Source: Vibrio alginolyticus NBRC 15630 = ATCC 17749
Lineage (GTDB): Bacteria > Pseudomonadota > Gammaproteobacteria > Enterobacterales > Vibrionaceae
DNA: 32,000 nt
Direction of reading: 5' to 3'
Assembly (NCBI RefSeq): GCF_000354175.2
Contig: NC_022349.1
Span: 1 to 32,000, forward strand
Position numbers and translations under genes: made by a program. Numbering within the stretch: the first letter of the stretch is position 1; the number at the start of each line of letters is the position of its first letter. Positions 18,831 to 27,166 of this stretch are shown here, piece after piece. Below the pieces are notes generated by a model. The model had not been told where the DNA came from and did no database searches. It saw only the letters and a program-made list of their open reading frames with translations.

Positions 18831-18863
18831 AAAAACAGCCCACATGAAGTTGGGCTGTTTTTT
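18831..18863. terminator. Bidirectional rho-independent terminator
   Basis: AAAAACAGCCCA-CATGAAGT-TGGGCTGTTTTTT is flanked by an A-run and a T-run. It lies between the convergent stops at 18819 (+) and 18881 (-). Confidence 0.78.
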
Positions 18864-18880
18864 AAAGTCCAGTTTGCACG

Positions 18881-19975
18881 TTAAGCGTTAGTTGAGCCGC
18901 AACAAGCTGGCTCAACGCAACCTTTTGCTTGAATGACTTCGAGTTGAGCTAAGTAAGGTTGAATATCGCCGATGTTCTCTTTTACCCATGTTAAGTCATA
19001 ATACGTATCTAGGTAACGCTCTCCAGAATCACATAGAAGCGTCACGATAGAACCCTTCTCACCGCGTTGTTTCATCTCACAAGCCAATTGCAGCACACCG
19101 TAAAGATTGGTGCCTGTTGATGCGCCGACTTTACGCCCAATCAGCTGAGATACCCAATGGGCGGTTGCCACACTGGCTGCGTCTGGAATTTTGCGCATTT
19201 CATCAATGACACCAGCAATAAAACTTGGTTCGACACGTGGTCGCCCGATACCTTCAATTTTGCTGCCAGTATCGCCTTTCAATGAGTGATTTCCTGACTG
19301 GAAAGCATCGTAAAACACTGAGTTTTCAGGGTCTACCACGCAAAGCTTAGTGTCGTATTTTTGGTAACGAATAAAACGGCCAATGGTTGCTGATGTGCCG
19401 CCTGTTCCAGGACTCATCACTACCCAGCTAGGAATCGGGTGATCTTCTAACTCCATTTGGCTAAAGATAGAGTTCGCGATGTTGTTGTTACCGCGCCAGT
19501 CAGTAGCGCGTTCAGCATAAGTAAACTGGTCCATGTAGTGACCATTTAGTTCTTGAGCCAAGCGTCGAGACTCGTCATAAATCTGATCTGATCGTTCAAC
19601 AAGGTGCGCTTTACCACCGTAAAATTCAATTTGTTCGATCTTTTTACGTGCAGTGGTTTTCGGCATGACGGCAATGAACGGTAAGCCAAGTAAACGCGCA
19701 AAATACGCTTCCGAAACGGCAGTGCTGCCTGAGGACGCCTCGATTACAGTGGTTTCAGGACCAATCCATCCATTACAAATAGCATAAAGAAACAATGAGC
19801 GCGCCAATCGATGCTTAAGAGAGCCTGTTGGATGCGTGCTCTCATCTTTTAGGTAGATATCGATACCATCAAGAGAAGGCAGTTCAAGTTTAAATAAATG
19901 AGTATCAGCAGAACGTTGAAAGTCTGCTTCAATTTTACGCACTGCATTGTTGATCCAGTTGTGGTCAGTACACAT
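18881..19975 (-). CDS. Fold-type-II PLP-dependent enzyme (cysteine synthase / CBS-like family)
   Basis: PALP motifs are present: [14 protein letters not shown] (the Schiff-base lysine context), SSGSTAV, and the GTGGTS phosphate loop. The start is set at ATG 19975 (MCTDHNW...), preceded by AAGGAGAG; the track start at 20008 adds 11 residues with no Shine-Dalgarno. The protein has an unusual Cys-rich C-terminal tail, [13 protein letters not shown]. Confidence 0.85.
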   Translation of the reverse strand: MCTDHNWINNAVRKIEADFQRSADTHLFKLELPSLDGIDIYLKDESTHPTGSLKHRLARSLFLYAICNGWIGPETTVIEASSGSTAVSEAYFARLLGLPFIAVMPKTTARKKIEQIEFYGGKAHLVERSDQIYDESRRLAQELNGHYMDQFTYAERATDWRGNNNIANSIFSQMELEDHPIPSWVVMSPGTGGTSATIGRFIRYQKYDTKLCVVDPENSVFYDAFQSGNHSLKGDTGSKIEGIGRPRVEPSFIAGVIDEMRKIPDAASVATAHWVSQLIGRKVGASTGTNLYGVLQLACEMKQRGEKGSIVTLLCDSGERYLDTYYDLTWVKENIGDIQPYLAQLEVIQAKGCVEPACCGSTNA

Positions 19976-20113
19976 GGCGTCTCTCCTTGGAAATCGATAG
20001 ATAAGCATTAGATGGGAATAATTTACCTATAATACGAGAGAAAAACTTTGCTATAGTTGCCGGTAATGACTATTTTGATAGAAAAGTTTTCTACACTTCG
20101 TGGGTTTTATAGG

Positions 20114-20578
20114 ATGAGTTTGGATCGGGTCGATAAACAGCTGCTTGCGTTGTTACAAACCGACAGCACCTTGTCATTAAATGAGTTAGCAGAGCAGGTA
20201 AATCTGACAACGACGCCATGTTGGAAGCGTTTGAAAAGGTTGGAAGAAGAGGGCTACATCGAAAAACGCGTGGCGTTGTTAAGTACAGAAAAGCTCGAGC
20301 TATCTTTCATTGCATTTGTTCAGTTAAAAACGATTGATCATTCCGAAGGTTGGTATCACCATTTTGTTACAACTGTGAGTGACTTTCCTGAGGTAATGGA
20401 GTTTTATCGTATGGCTGGCGAGTATGACTACATGATGAAAGTACTAGTCAAAGATATGAAGTGTTTTGACGAATTCTATAAGCGGTTAGTTAATAGCGTA
20501 AAAGGGCTATCTAATGTGACTTCAACATTTGCTATGGAGTCCATTAAATACACAACAGAGTTACCAATCCTAAAATAA
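20114..20578 (+). CDS. Lrp/AsnC-family transcriptional regulator, YbaO/DecR-like
   Basis: 154 aa from ATG 20114 ([17 protein letters not shown]...). The [21 protein letters not shown] and the RAM-domain [11 protein letters not shown] / FYKRLVNSV / [10 protein letters not shown] blocks resemble E. coli YbaO (DecR) as I recall it, more than they resemble Lrp itself. It is divergent from the PLP enzyme. Confidence 0.82.
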   Translation: MSLDRVDKQLLALLQTDSTLSLNELAEQVNLTTTPCWKRLKRLEEEGYIEKRVALLSTEKLELSFIAFVQLKTIDHSEGWYHHFVTTVSDFPEVMEFYRMAGEYDYMMKVLVKDMKCFDEFYKRLVNSVKGLSNVTSTFAMESIKYTTELPILK

Positions 20579-21034
20579 CTCGCCCTATAAGAATTCTATC
20601 TAATGTTAATTCTACCTTTTAGTATTTTAAATGTTAAAAGGTAGTTTGATTATGCTTTTAAAACTATTTCCTACCAGATTTTTATAAATATAAACGATAT
20701 TTATTCTCTCTTCTATTTTTCATTAACCATTTGTTTTTGCAGTCCATTAATCCTATACATCATAACGAAAGAAAAAATAACGCAATTTTTTCTCTTTCTT
20801 TTTCATGTTTTATTTTATTGAATATTAATTTTTACTAAATTAATGGAAGAGTTTGATTTAAACGTTTGCTTTTTGTGTTTTCATGTAATTTGGTCGCTAT
20901 TTTTGATTATTTGTTTTTAGGATTAATACAGTAGCAATTACTTAAGTAATAAAGTACTCAAAAATGGGGATAGTGATTAATAAAACATCGTATTATTATC
21001 GCCCCATCTTGTATGTAACAAAGTATTACTAAAA
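20579..21034 (+). promoter_or_regulatory. 455-bp strongly AT-rich intergenic leader of the Ig-repeat lipoprotein gene
   Basis: The stretch is visibly dominated by A/T runs, in contrast to every flanking gene. It contains the hairpin CTACCTTTT (20612-20620) / AAAAGGTAG (20636-20644), a possible weak terminator of the Lrp-like gene. It also contains the imperfect inverted repeat ATGGGGATA (20964-20972) / TATCGCCCCAT (20997-21007), 28 nt before the ATG. Confidence 0.4.
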
Positions 21035-24000
21035 ATGAACAGAAATTACTATTTGCTTTTTCTCGCAGCTTTACTCGCTGGCTGTGGCGGTGGGGGAGAC
21101 TCTAAGCCGAACAATACGAAGACACCAACTACGATAACAAAGCAGAACCGTCCGCAATTAAAAGTGGAAGACACGGTGTTGAAGTTTGAAGGAGTGGGAA
21201 CGGTTACTGAAGCAAAACTGAGCAATGTACATGGGTCGGTATCTTACCAAGTCATTGATTCTAATCCGCCAAATGTCGTGAAAATTAATGACTCAGGAAT
21301 ACTACAAATTCTGCGCCCAGGAACGGCGACTATTCTTGCTACAGATAGTAGCTCTGCTTATGAATCTTCTGAAGCAAGATTTTCTGTCACTGTAGAGCGA
21401 GGCATCAATACTGAACTTTCAGTGAGTGATCTGAATTTCAATGCGATTGAGTCAGAAGGAAAAGCGTTGATCGTCCGTGGCCAAAAAGGCGAACTGAGTT
21501 ATGAGGTAGAAAGTGGTCATAACTTGATTCGTGTTGATGAGAACGGTTCGGTATATTCATTAGGTTCAGTTGGTCAGGCATCGGTGCTGATTACTGATTC
21601 AGGTAACGACTTTTACTTGCCGAAACAAGTTCGCGCTACGGTTAAGCTGCATGCAGTAGCTCCGGGGCAATTACAGTTCGCTTTGCTTGAAGACGAGTAT
21701 CGAGAAGGGTTGACGTTAGAACCAGTGCGTCTAGATAAAGCTCAAACGCAACGTATTTCTTACAAAATTATAAATAGCGTACCAGACAGCAAGGTGGCCG
21801 AGTTGCTAGATCCTGAAACGGGTTTGCTTCTTGTTCATAATGTTGGTCGATTAACGGTTGAAGCGACTGCAACTTACAGCGACGCGTTTCTGGATAAACA
21901 GCAAACAGCGCAATTTTTTGTGGATATAAAACAAGGCAAGCGTCAAGAAATCAGCGCAGCGGATATCGTCACAACTTATGAGGAAGGTGGACGAATTTTC
22001 CCTAAGGTGACGAACGCCTACGGTGACTATGAGCTGAGAATCATTCGTGGTGAAGACGTTGTCGCTAAAACTGAAAATGGTGAAGCATTACTGATCAAAG
22101 GTGTTGGTGCTGCTGAAGTGGAAATTTACGAGCATGACATGCGTAATTATCCTGCAAGCAAAACTCGCTTTGATCTTGAAGTTAATCGCGCGCCTCATCC
22201 CGTTATAAAAGACATTGAAATGCCGCTTACCTATCAACCAAATCTTTCAATCCCTCTGGCGTTTAAAGGGCAAAAAGGTAACGTAAATCTAGTTAGCAGC
22301 TTACCTAATGGCTTACGAATGACTGACGGCAAGTTGGAGGTAGTGACTGCGGGTGAGTACGACCTTAAGTTTGAAGACGATGGTGGGGAGTTCTACCAAC
22401 CTATTCAATTTAATGTCGTCATCAAAGTTGCAAAGGCTGAAGGCCAACCGATGGCAACACACGATTATGACGTTGTATACAGCAACAAATACAGTTTTGA
22501 TCTTCACCGTGATTTTGGTTTGAGTGCTGACGAGCAAATTGAGATTGTAGATAACACCGCACCAGATGTTGTCGGTGGTTTTAGTGAAGGACGTCTCCAT
22601 GTGTATAAAGCGGGTAAAGCGACGCTAACTGTGCGCAGAAAAGAGAGCGCGAATTATACCGTTGGTCCTGATCAAAAAGTCTACGTGACAATTTTGAGTG
22701 CGCCGAGCCGAATTGAAGTTCAATCCGATGTGGAAGAGATTTGGAAGGTTGGCCAAACATTTGTTGCGCCGAAAATCTCTGGTACGGTTGGGGAAGTTAC
22801 GTACCGATTTGCAGACAACGCAGCAACAGATGTAGTTTCCTTAAACAGCCAAACGGGTGCCATGCAAATTCTTAACGCGGGTAGCACAAAAATTATTGTT
22901 TCGGATGCGGGGGACGACAAAGTGGATCCGGGTGAAAGTAGTTTCTCGGTCACGATTAAACAAGGCACAAACCCTGTATCGGTTACTTACCCAACGGTAG
23001 AATTCTCCGCTGGTAGTGTTATCTCACCAGTGATGAGTGGTGGGACTGCGAAGGCAAGTTACCGTCTTATTAACCAAAAAGACCCTGTGGTCGAGCTAGT
23101 TTCTCCTGATACAGGGCGTTTGAAAATCCTGCATGCAGGCACGTACCAATTAGAGGTTACCCTTACTGGGCGCAACTACAAAGCTAAAACAATCGTCGTA
23201 AATGGCACTATTAACAAAGCGAATCACCCTGGTTTAAGTACTTCTACAATGAAGGTGGAATTTGAACCATTTAAAAAGGTTAAGCTAGACTTTGGTACAC
23301 CAATAGGAAACCGCAGCTATCAAATATCCAGCTCAACAATTAAAGGAGTCGCTTCATTAGATGTTGATAAGGAAGAGCTGACGTTACTTGACCTCCCACC
23401 AGTAAAAAGACGTTGGATTTCTCTCGACGTTTCGGAAGGAGAATCTCGAGATTACAAAGCGTTGGAAAGTAAGAAAGTCCAGCTGTATCTAAGCTTTGCA
23501 GATGAAGGTGTTGCGGATCAATATACATTGCTTGAAACTGAACAAACAGTATTGTTTAGCACGCTAAATGCACGTGAGTTTTCTAACTTAGAAGAAAGTG
23601 AGTTTGGTTTGATGAACGTTCGTTCAGTGCGTGAGCCAACGGACGAAGAATTGAAATTATACGGCAAAGGTAAGATTGCACTACTTGCATTCAAGCCGGT
23701 GGGTAACGATGACCAAACTCTAATAAAAGGAGCGTGGGTACACTTAGCTCGATTTGATGGATGTACATCAGAGCTGTTCGAAGATGATCTCAAGCCTTTT
23801 GAAGCAATTGACTATGATGACCCAGGGTACTGCACCAACGGCAGCACGATTCGTATGACTCGGTTCTTAATAATTGATGACTCGAAGATGGAAAAGGTAG
23901 AGTATGAGTTAGTAGCACCTGTGATTACTTATCGTCGTGGGGTTCGTGAATTTTTAGCAACGAATAAAGGTGGATTCTATGCCGACCCAAATGTCATTTA

Positions 24001-24076
24001 CGGGAAAGGCGAATATGGTTACCCGAAATCACTTTACGAATGGTCGGTTATTAACATGAAGTATCAACCAAATTAA
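21035..24076 (+). CDS. Large surface lipoprotein: about 9 tandem Ig-like repeats plus a C-terminal domain of unknown family
   Basis: 1013-aa ORF with a lipoprotein signal and lipobox (MNRNYYLLFLAALLAG|CGGGG). Modules of about 85-90 aa recur, each with a pattern such as SYQVIDSNPPNVVKINDSGILQILRPGTATILAT, SYEVESGHNLIRVDENGSVYSLGSVGQASVLIT, or TYRFADNAATDVVSLNSQTGAMQILNAGSTKIIVS. I recognise no catalytic motif. Confidence 0.85.
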   Translation: MNRNYYLLFLAALLAGCGGGGDSKPNNTKTPTTITKQNRPQLKVEDTVLKFEGVGTVTEAKLSNVHGSVSYQVIDSNPPNVVKINDSGILQILRPGTATILATDSSSAYESSEARFSVTVERGINTELSVSDLNFNAIESEGKALIVRGQKGELSYEVESGHNLIRVDENGSVYSLGSVGQASVLITDSGNDFYLPKQVRATVKLHAVAPGQLQFALLEDEYREGLTLEPVRLDKAQTQRISYKIINSVPDSKVAELLDPETGLLLVHNVGRLTVEATATYSDAFLDKQQTAQFFVDIKQGKRQEISAADIVTTYEEGGRIFPKVTNAYGDYELRIIRGEDVVAKTENGEALLIKGVGAAEVEIYEHDMRNYPASKTRFDLEVNRAPHPVIKDIEMPLTYQPNLSIPLAFKGQKGNVNLVSSLPNGLRMTDGKLEVVTAGEYDLKFEDDGGEFYQPIQFNVVIKVAKAEGQPMATHDYDVVYSNKYSFDLHRDFGLSADEQIEIVDNTAPDVVGGFSEGRLHVYKAGKATLTVRRKESANYTVGPDQKVYVTILSAPSRIEVQSDVEEIWKVGQTFVAPKISGTVGEVTYRFADNAATDVVSLNSQTGAMQILNAGSTKIIVSDAGDDKVDPGESSFSVTIKQGTNPVSVTYPTVEFSAGSVISPVMSGGTAKASYRLINQKDPVVELVSPDTGRLKILHAGTYQLEVTLTGRNYKAKTIVVNGTINKANHPGLSTSTMKVEFEPFKKVKLDFGTPIGNRSYQISSSTIKGVASLDVDKEELTLLDLPPVKRRWISLDVSEGESRDYKALESKKVQLYLSFADEGVADQYTLLETEQTVLFSTLNAREFSNLEESEFGLMNVRSVREPTDEELKLYGKGKIALLAFKPVGNDDQTLIKGAWVHLARFDGCTSELFEDDLKPFEAIDYDDPGYCTNGSTIRMTRFLIIDDSKMEKVEYELVAPVITYRRGVREFLATNKGGFYADPNVIYGKGEYGYPKSLYEWSVINMKYQPN
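21161..23479 (+). repeat. Protein-level tandem repeat region (about 9 divergent Ig-like/Big_2-like modules)
   Basis: The approximate module boundaries, in amino-acid positions, are 43-122, 123-205, 206-300, 301-386, 387-467, 468-556, 557-645, 646-728 and 729-815. The last module is degenerate. Similarity is visible only at the protein level, since the DNA copies have diverged. Confidence 0.6.
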
Positions 24077-24094
24077 TCATCGTTTGATACCCAT

Positions 24095-24128
24095 TAAAAA
24101 AGGAGTGCGGAACAGCACTCCTTTTTTC
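24095..24128. terminator. Bidirectional rho-independent terminator
   Basis: AAAAAAGGAGTGC-GGAACA-GCACTCCTTTTTT lies between the lipoprotein stop (24076, +) and the tesB stop (24145, -). Confidence 0.8.
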
Positions 24129-24144
24129 GTCTGGCGAACACGAG

Positions 24145-25005
24145 CTATTTCGTGTAGCGCATCACCCCTTCTTGCACGGCGGTCGCCACTAAGTGACCTT
24201 GCTGGTTGTATATTTCGCCACGGACCAACCCACGAGTATTGCTCGCCGTTGGGCTCTCTATCGCATATAGAAGCCATTCATCCATCTTAAACGGGCGATG
24301 GAACCAGATAGAGTGGTCAATGGTGGCCACTTGAAAGTTAGGCGTCATTAATGAGACTTCATGTGGATGCATTGCTGTTACAAGGAATCCCCAATCGGAT
24401 GCGTAGGCCAGAAGGTACTGGTGAATTAGCTGATTCTCTGGCATTTCACCATTAGCACGAATCCAAAGGTACTGTTTGGGTTCTGCTTTTTTGGGCTTCA
24501 AAGGGTTGATAACCGTAACGGGGCGAGTTTCGATTGGCTTTTCCCCGCAAAATGTTTTGCGTAAGCGTTTGGGTAGAAATTCTGCAATATGGCTTGCGAG
24601 CTCACTCTCTGAGGCAAAGTTTTCTGGACCAGGGATATCTGGCATTTCTTTTTGATGATCAAACCCAGGTTGATCGCCATGGTAGGATGCGGTTAGGTAA
24701 AAAATAGGGCGTCCATTTTGAATTGCTTTTACGCGTCTAGTGCTAAAGCTACGGCCATCTCTCAGATTTTCTACATCATAAATAATAGGTTTTTCTGGAT
24801 CGCCAGGGTACAAAAAATAGCTATGGAAGGAGTGTACCGTGCGTGTTTCTTCAACGGTGTAGCGCGCAGCAGAAAGCGCTTGCCCAATTACTTGACCGCC
24901 ATAAACTTGAGGCAAACCTAGGTTTTCACTTTGGCCACGAAACAAGCCTTCTTCTAATTTTTCGAGTTGTAGTAGGCTGAGCAATTCTCGTAGTGGTTTA
25001 CTCAT
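24145..25005 (-). CDS. tesB: Acyl-CoA thioesterase II (TesB)
   Basis: 286-aa double hot-dog protein. Its N-terminus, [37 protein letters not shown], is highly similar to E. coli TesB as recalled. It sits in the tesB-ybaY-atl arrangement found in E. coli. Confidence 0.9.
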   Translation of the reverse strand: MSKPLRELLSLLQLEKLEEGLFRGQSENLGLPQVYGGQVIGQALSAARYTVEETRTVHSFHSYFLYPGDPEKPIIYDVENLRDGRSFSTRRVKAIQNGRPIFYLTASYHGDQPGFDHQKEMPDIPGPENFASESELASHIAEFLPKRLRKTFCGEKPIETRPVTVINPLKPKKAEPKQYLWIRANGEMPENQLIHQYLLAYASDWGFLVTAMHPHEVSLMTPNFQVATIDHSIWFHRPFKMDEWLLYAIESPTASNTRGLVRGEIYNQQGHLVATAVQEGVMRYTK

Positions 25006-25245
25006 TGTGTCTCCTCACCGTTGTCTTTCATTCCAAGTTACCTCAACAGCCTCACTCTTGTGAAGTGGCATAGTTAAGAACTATTGAGTAACTTAGAAAT
25101 AGTATTGTTCCAATTATGAAACAAAATCAATTGTTTGATAAATTCTAACTCAGTCAAACTATTGTCAAATAAAGTGACAGGAAGCAGACAGTTTTATATT
25201 CCAGACCTATAATTGCTTCGGTTTAATGCTCGTTTCGAGGAATAT

Positions 25246-25680
25246 ATGAAAAAAACACTACTACTTGTTACTTCTCTACTCTTTGGGGCTGCGTTAGTGG
25301 GTTGCCAAACTTCTCAAAATACAGAAATGGAATCTACAGAAGCGTCAATGAAGACGATTACAGGTACAGTGGCTTATCGCGAGCGGATTGCCTTGCCACC
25401 AAACGCAGTGGTTACTATTGCGTTAGAAGATGTGTCCTTGGCGGATGCGCCAGCAAAAGTGTTGGCGAAACAGACATTCGAAACAGAAGGTAAGCAAGTT
25501 CCTCTTTCTTTTGAGTTGAGTTACGACAGCAATGAAATCAAACCAAACCATCGTTACAGCGTTCGTGCTCGCATTGAGGTAGATGGAAAGCTGCGTTTTA
25601 TCAGCGACACACATAACGGTGTTATTACAGATGAAGCACAAACTCACCAATTAGATATTCGTCTAGTTGGAACACGTTAA
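25246..25680 (+). CDS. YbaY-like lipoprotein (YscW-like domain)
   Basis: 144 aa from ATG 25246, preceded by GAGGA. Lipobox ALVG|C. The blocks ITGTVAYRERIALPPNAVVTIALEDVSLADAP and HRYSVRARIEVDGKLRFISD fit the YbaY family pattern. It is divergent from tesB, as in E. coli. Confidence 0.72.
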   Translation: MKKTLLLVTSLLFGAALVGCQTSQNTEMESTEASMKTITGTVAYRERIALPPNAVVTIALEDVSLADAPAKVLAKQTFETEGKQVPLSFELSYDSNEIKPNHRYSVRARIEVDGKLRFISDTHNGVITDEAQTHQLDIRLVGTR

Positions 25681-25697
25681 TACGACGTACTGAGAAC

Positions 25698-25735
25698 AAA
25701 AAATGGCAGCTTAAGGCTGCCATTTGTATTTTTTA
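25698..25735. terminator. Bidirectional terminator overlapping the atl stop codon
   Basis: AAATGGCAGC (25701-25710) and GCTGCCATTT (25716-25725) form the stem, with T-runs on both strands. The atl stop codon (25711-25713) lies in the loop. Confidence 0.6.
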
Positions 25736-26019
25736 AGTGAAGTTTTGCCAACTTCCGATACTTCAATCCCTTCTGCTTCTAATTTCTTTTTTTGTCGCTC
25801 TAAGTCTCTGCCTTTTAAAGATATTTTTCCTTGGCTATTTACCACTCTAAACCAGGGGAGTTTGCTGCCTTCTGGTAGGTTACCCAGTGCTTTACCAACA
25901 TGTCTCGCATAGCCCGGATAACCGGCCATTTTTGCAATTTCCCCATAGGTGGAGACTTTTCCTTTTGGAATTTGGTGAATTACAGCAAAGATTTGCGCTA
26001 AAAATTGGTCCATACTCAA
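25711..26019 (-). CDS. atl: Alkyltransferase-like protein (Atl/YbaZ; MGMT fold without the acceptor cysteine)
   Basis: 102-aa ORF with the MGMT DNA-binding-domain blocks IPKGKVSTYGEIAKMAGYPGYARHVG. The canonical PCHRV active site instead reads PWFRVV, with Trp replacing Cys, which is the defining feature of ATL proteins. The position next to ybaY/tesB matches E. coli. Confidence 0.85.
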   Translation of the reverse strand: MSMDQFLAQIFAVIHQIPKGKVSTYGEIAKMAGYPGYARHVGKALGNLPEGSKLPWFRVVNSQGKISLKGRDLERQKKKLEAEGIEVSEVGKTSLKKYKWQP

Positions 26020-26270
26020 AAGTGTCTATTTTGGATTACTAAGGAATGGTAAACCATTGGACTTGTATATTGCTAACGGTTCTTAACCCTTGTGTTGTCA
26101 GCGACTCACTTTGAAGAATTACATTTTCTGTTCTTTAGTGTCGTTGGTTGATGAGCCTTAAACAGCATGAAGCAAACGCAAGCTAAGCTTGAATCTAGAC
26201 CCTCTCAACGACTTTCAATCCCAGTTTTTGCCGTTGAGTTACCAAGTAGGTGGGGAAGCCAGGAGGCGCT

Positions 26271-27014
26271 ATGATTTTATCGACACTTCAATTTTTCGTT
26301 ACGACCTTACTCGCTGTTGTCTGCGTTCGGGCGATGAGTTTGAGCGAGGGTGACATTCCCGTTCTTGCACTTATGATCCCCGCGCTGTGGGTTCTGCCAC
26401 AAGGTGGGTTCGCTGGCCTAGTATTACTGGGCGCGATGATGGCTTTTGGTGCGACACTCTCAATGCAGCCAATTGCTTTGTCGGTTGGTGTTTTGATCCT
26501 TTTCCCACTTTTAATGGTGGTATTTTCTCGTAGAAGCTCTTTAGGTGTGTTGCTCACCGCTGGTCTTATTGTACTTACACTGCAAGTTGGTCTTATGGTC
26601 ACACAGCAAGGCGGTAAGCTGGATGGTTTTGCTTGGGTTACAGTGGTTCAAACCATTGCGGTTATGGCGATGTGGTGGTCGGCTGCGCATTGGACGCCAT
26701 CCAATAAACACAGCTGGTGGCCGTTGTTTTTGTTGCTCCCATTGTGGATTGCAGGCCTACCGTACGCCGTTCTTATGGCGTTAAGTTTGACGGGAATGTT
26801 AGCGTCAATGGAAGCACTTGCGAAGCTTCAACATACCATTCGTTGGAGCAAATTATTATGTTGGACATTGCCGACTGTGGGTTTTGCCGCTTTAGTCGTC
26901 AGCCCGACCACGGATGTGCCAAACCCTGTTTTCGTGGTTTGGATCTGTTTGTTAGGGACGGCTTGGATGACTGACTATATTTTACGTAGTAGCGATGAAC
27001 AGGCTGAATTATGA
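26271..27014 (+). CDS. Polytopic inner-membrane protein of unknown family
   Basis: 247 aa from ATG 26271, preceded by AGGAGG; the track's GTG 26250 start is less likely. About 7-8 hydrophobic helices, a Trp-rich segment (AVMAMWWSAAHWTPSNKHSWWPLFLLLPLW) and an acidic C-terminal tail. I recognise no motif. Confidence 0.7.
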   Translation: MILSTLQFFVTTLLAVVCVRAMSLSEGDIPVLALMIPALWVLPQGGFAGLVLLGAMMAFGATLSMQPIALSVGVLILFPLLMVVFSRRSSLGVLLTAGLIVLTLQVGLMVTQQGGKLDGFAWVTVVQTIAVMAMWWSAAHWTPSNKHSWWPLFLLLPLWIAGLPYAVLMALSLTGMLASMEALAKLQHTIRWSKLLCWTLPTVGFAALVVSPTTDVPNPVFVVWICLLGTAWMTDYILRSSDEQAEL

Positions 27015-27166
27015 ATTTTTAGTCAGGTAAAAAGTGACATGTGCGGCAGAGTATCGAATTGGTTGTGGAACAAAATGGAGATTAGTATATGTTCTTCATT
27101 TCATATTTACTACACTTCCAATAATAATAACCACAATATAAGTGGTTGATTTAAGATAAGTTTGTC

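Noticed and set aside
21035-24076. The possibility that the large lipoprotein is an AcfD/SslE-like M60 metalloprotease or another enzyme.
   Set aside because: No HExxH or other catalytic signature is present anywhere in the 1013 aa. The architecture consists of repeats plus an unknown domain, so it is called only as an Ig-repeat lipoprotein.
24077-24290. Two overlapping ORFs of about 66 aa (24077-24277 - and 24084-24290 +) between the lipoprotein gene and tesB.
   Set aside because: They span the bidirectional terminator hairpin and the 3' end of tesB. They have no Shine-Dalgarno, and their composition is explained by tesB coding sequence.
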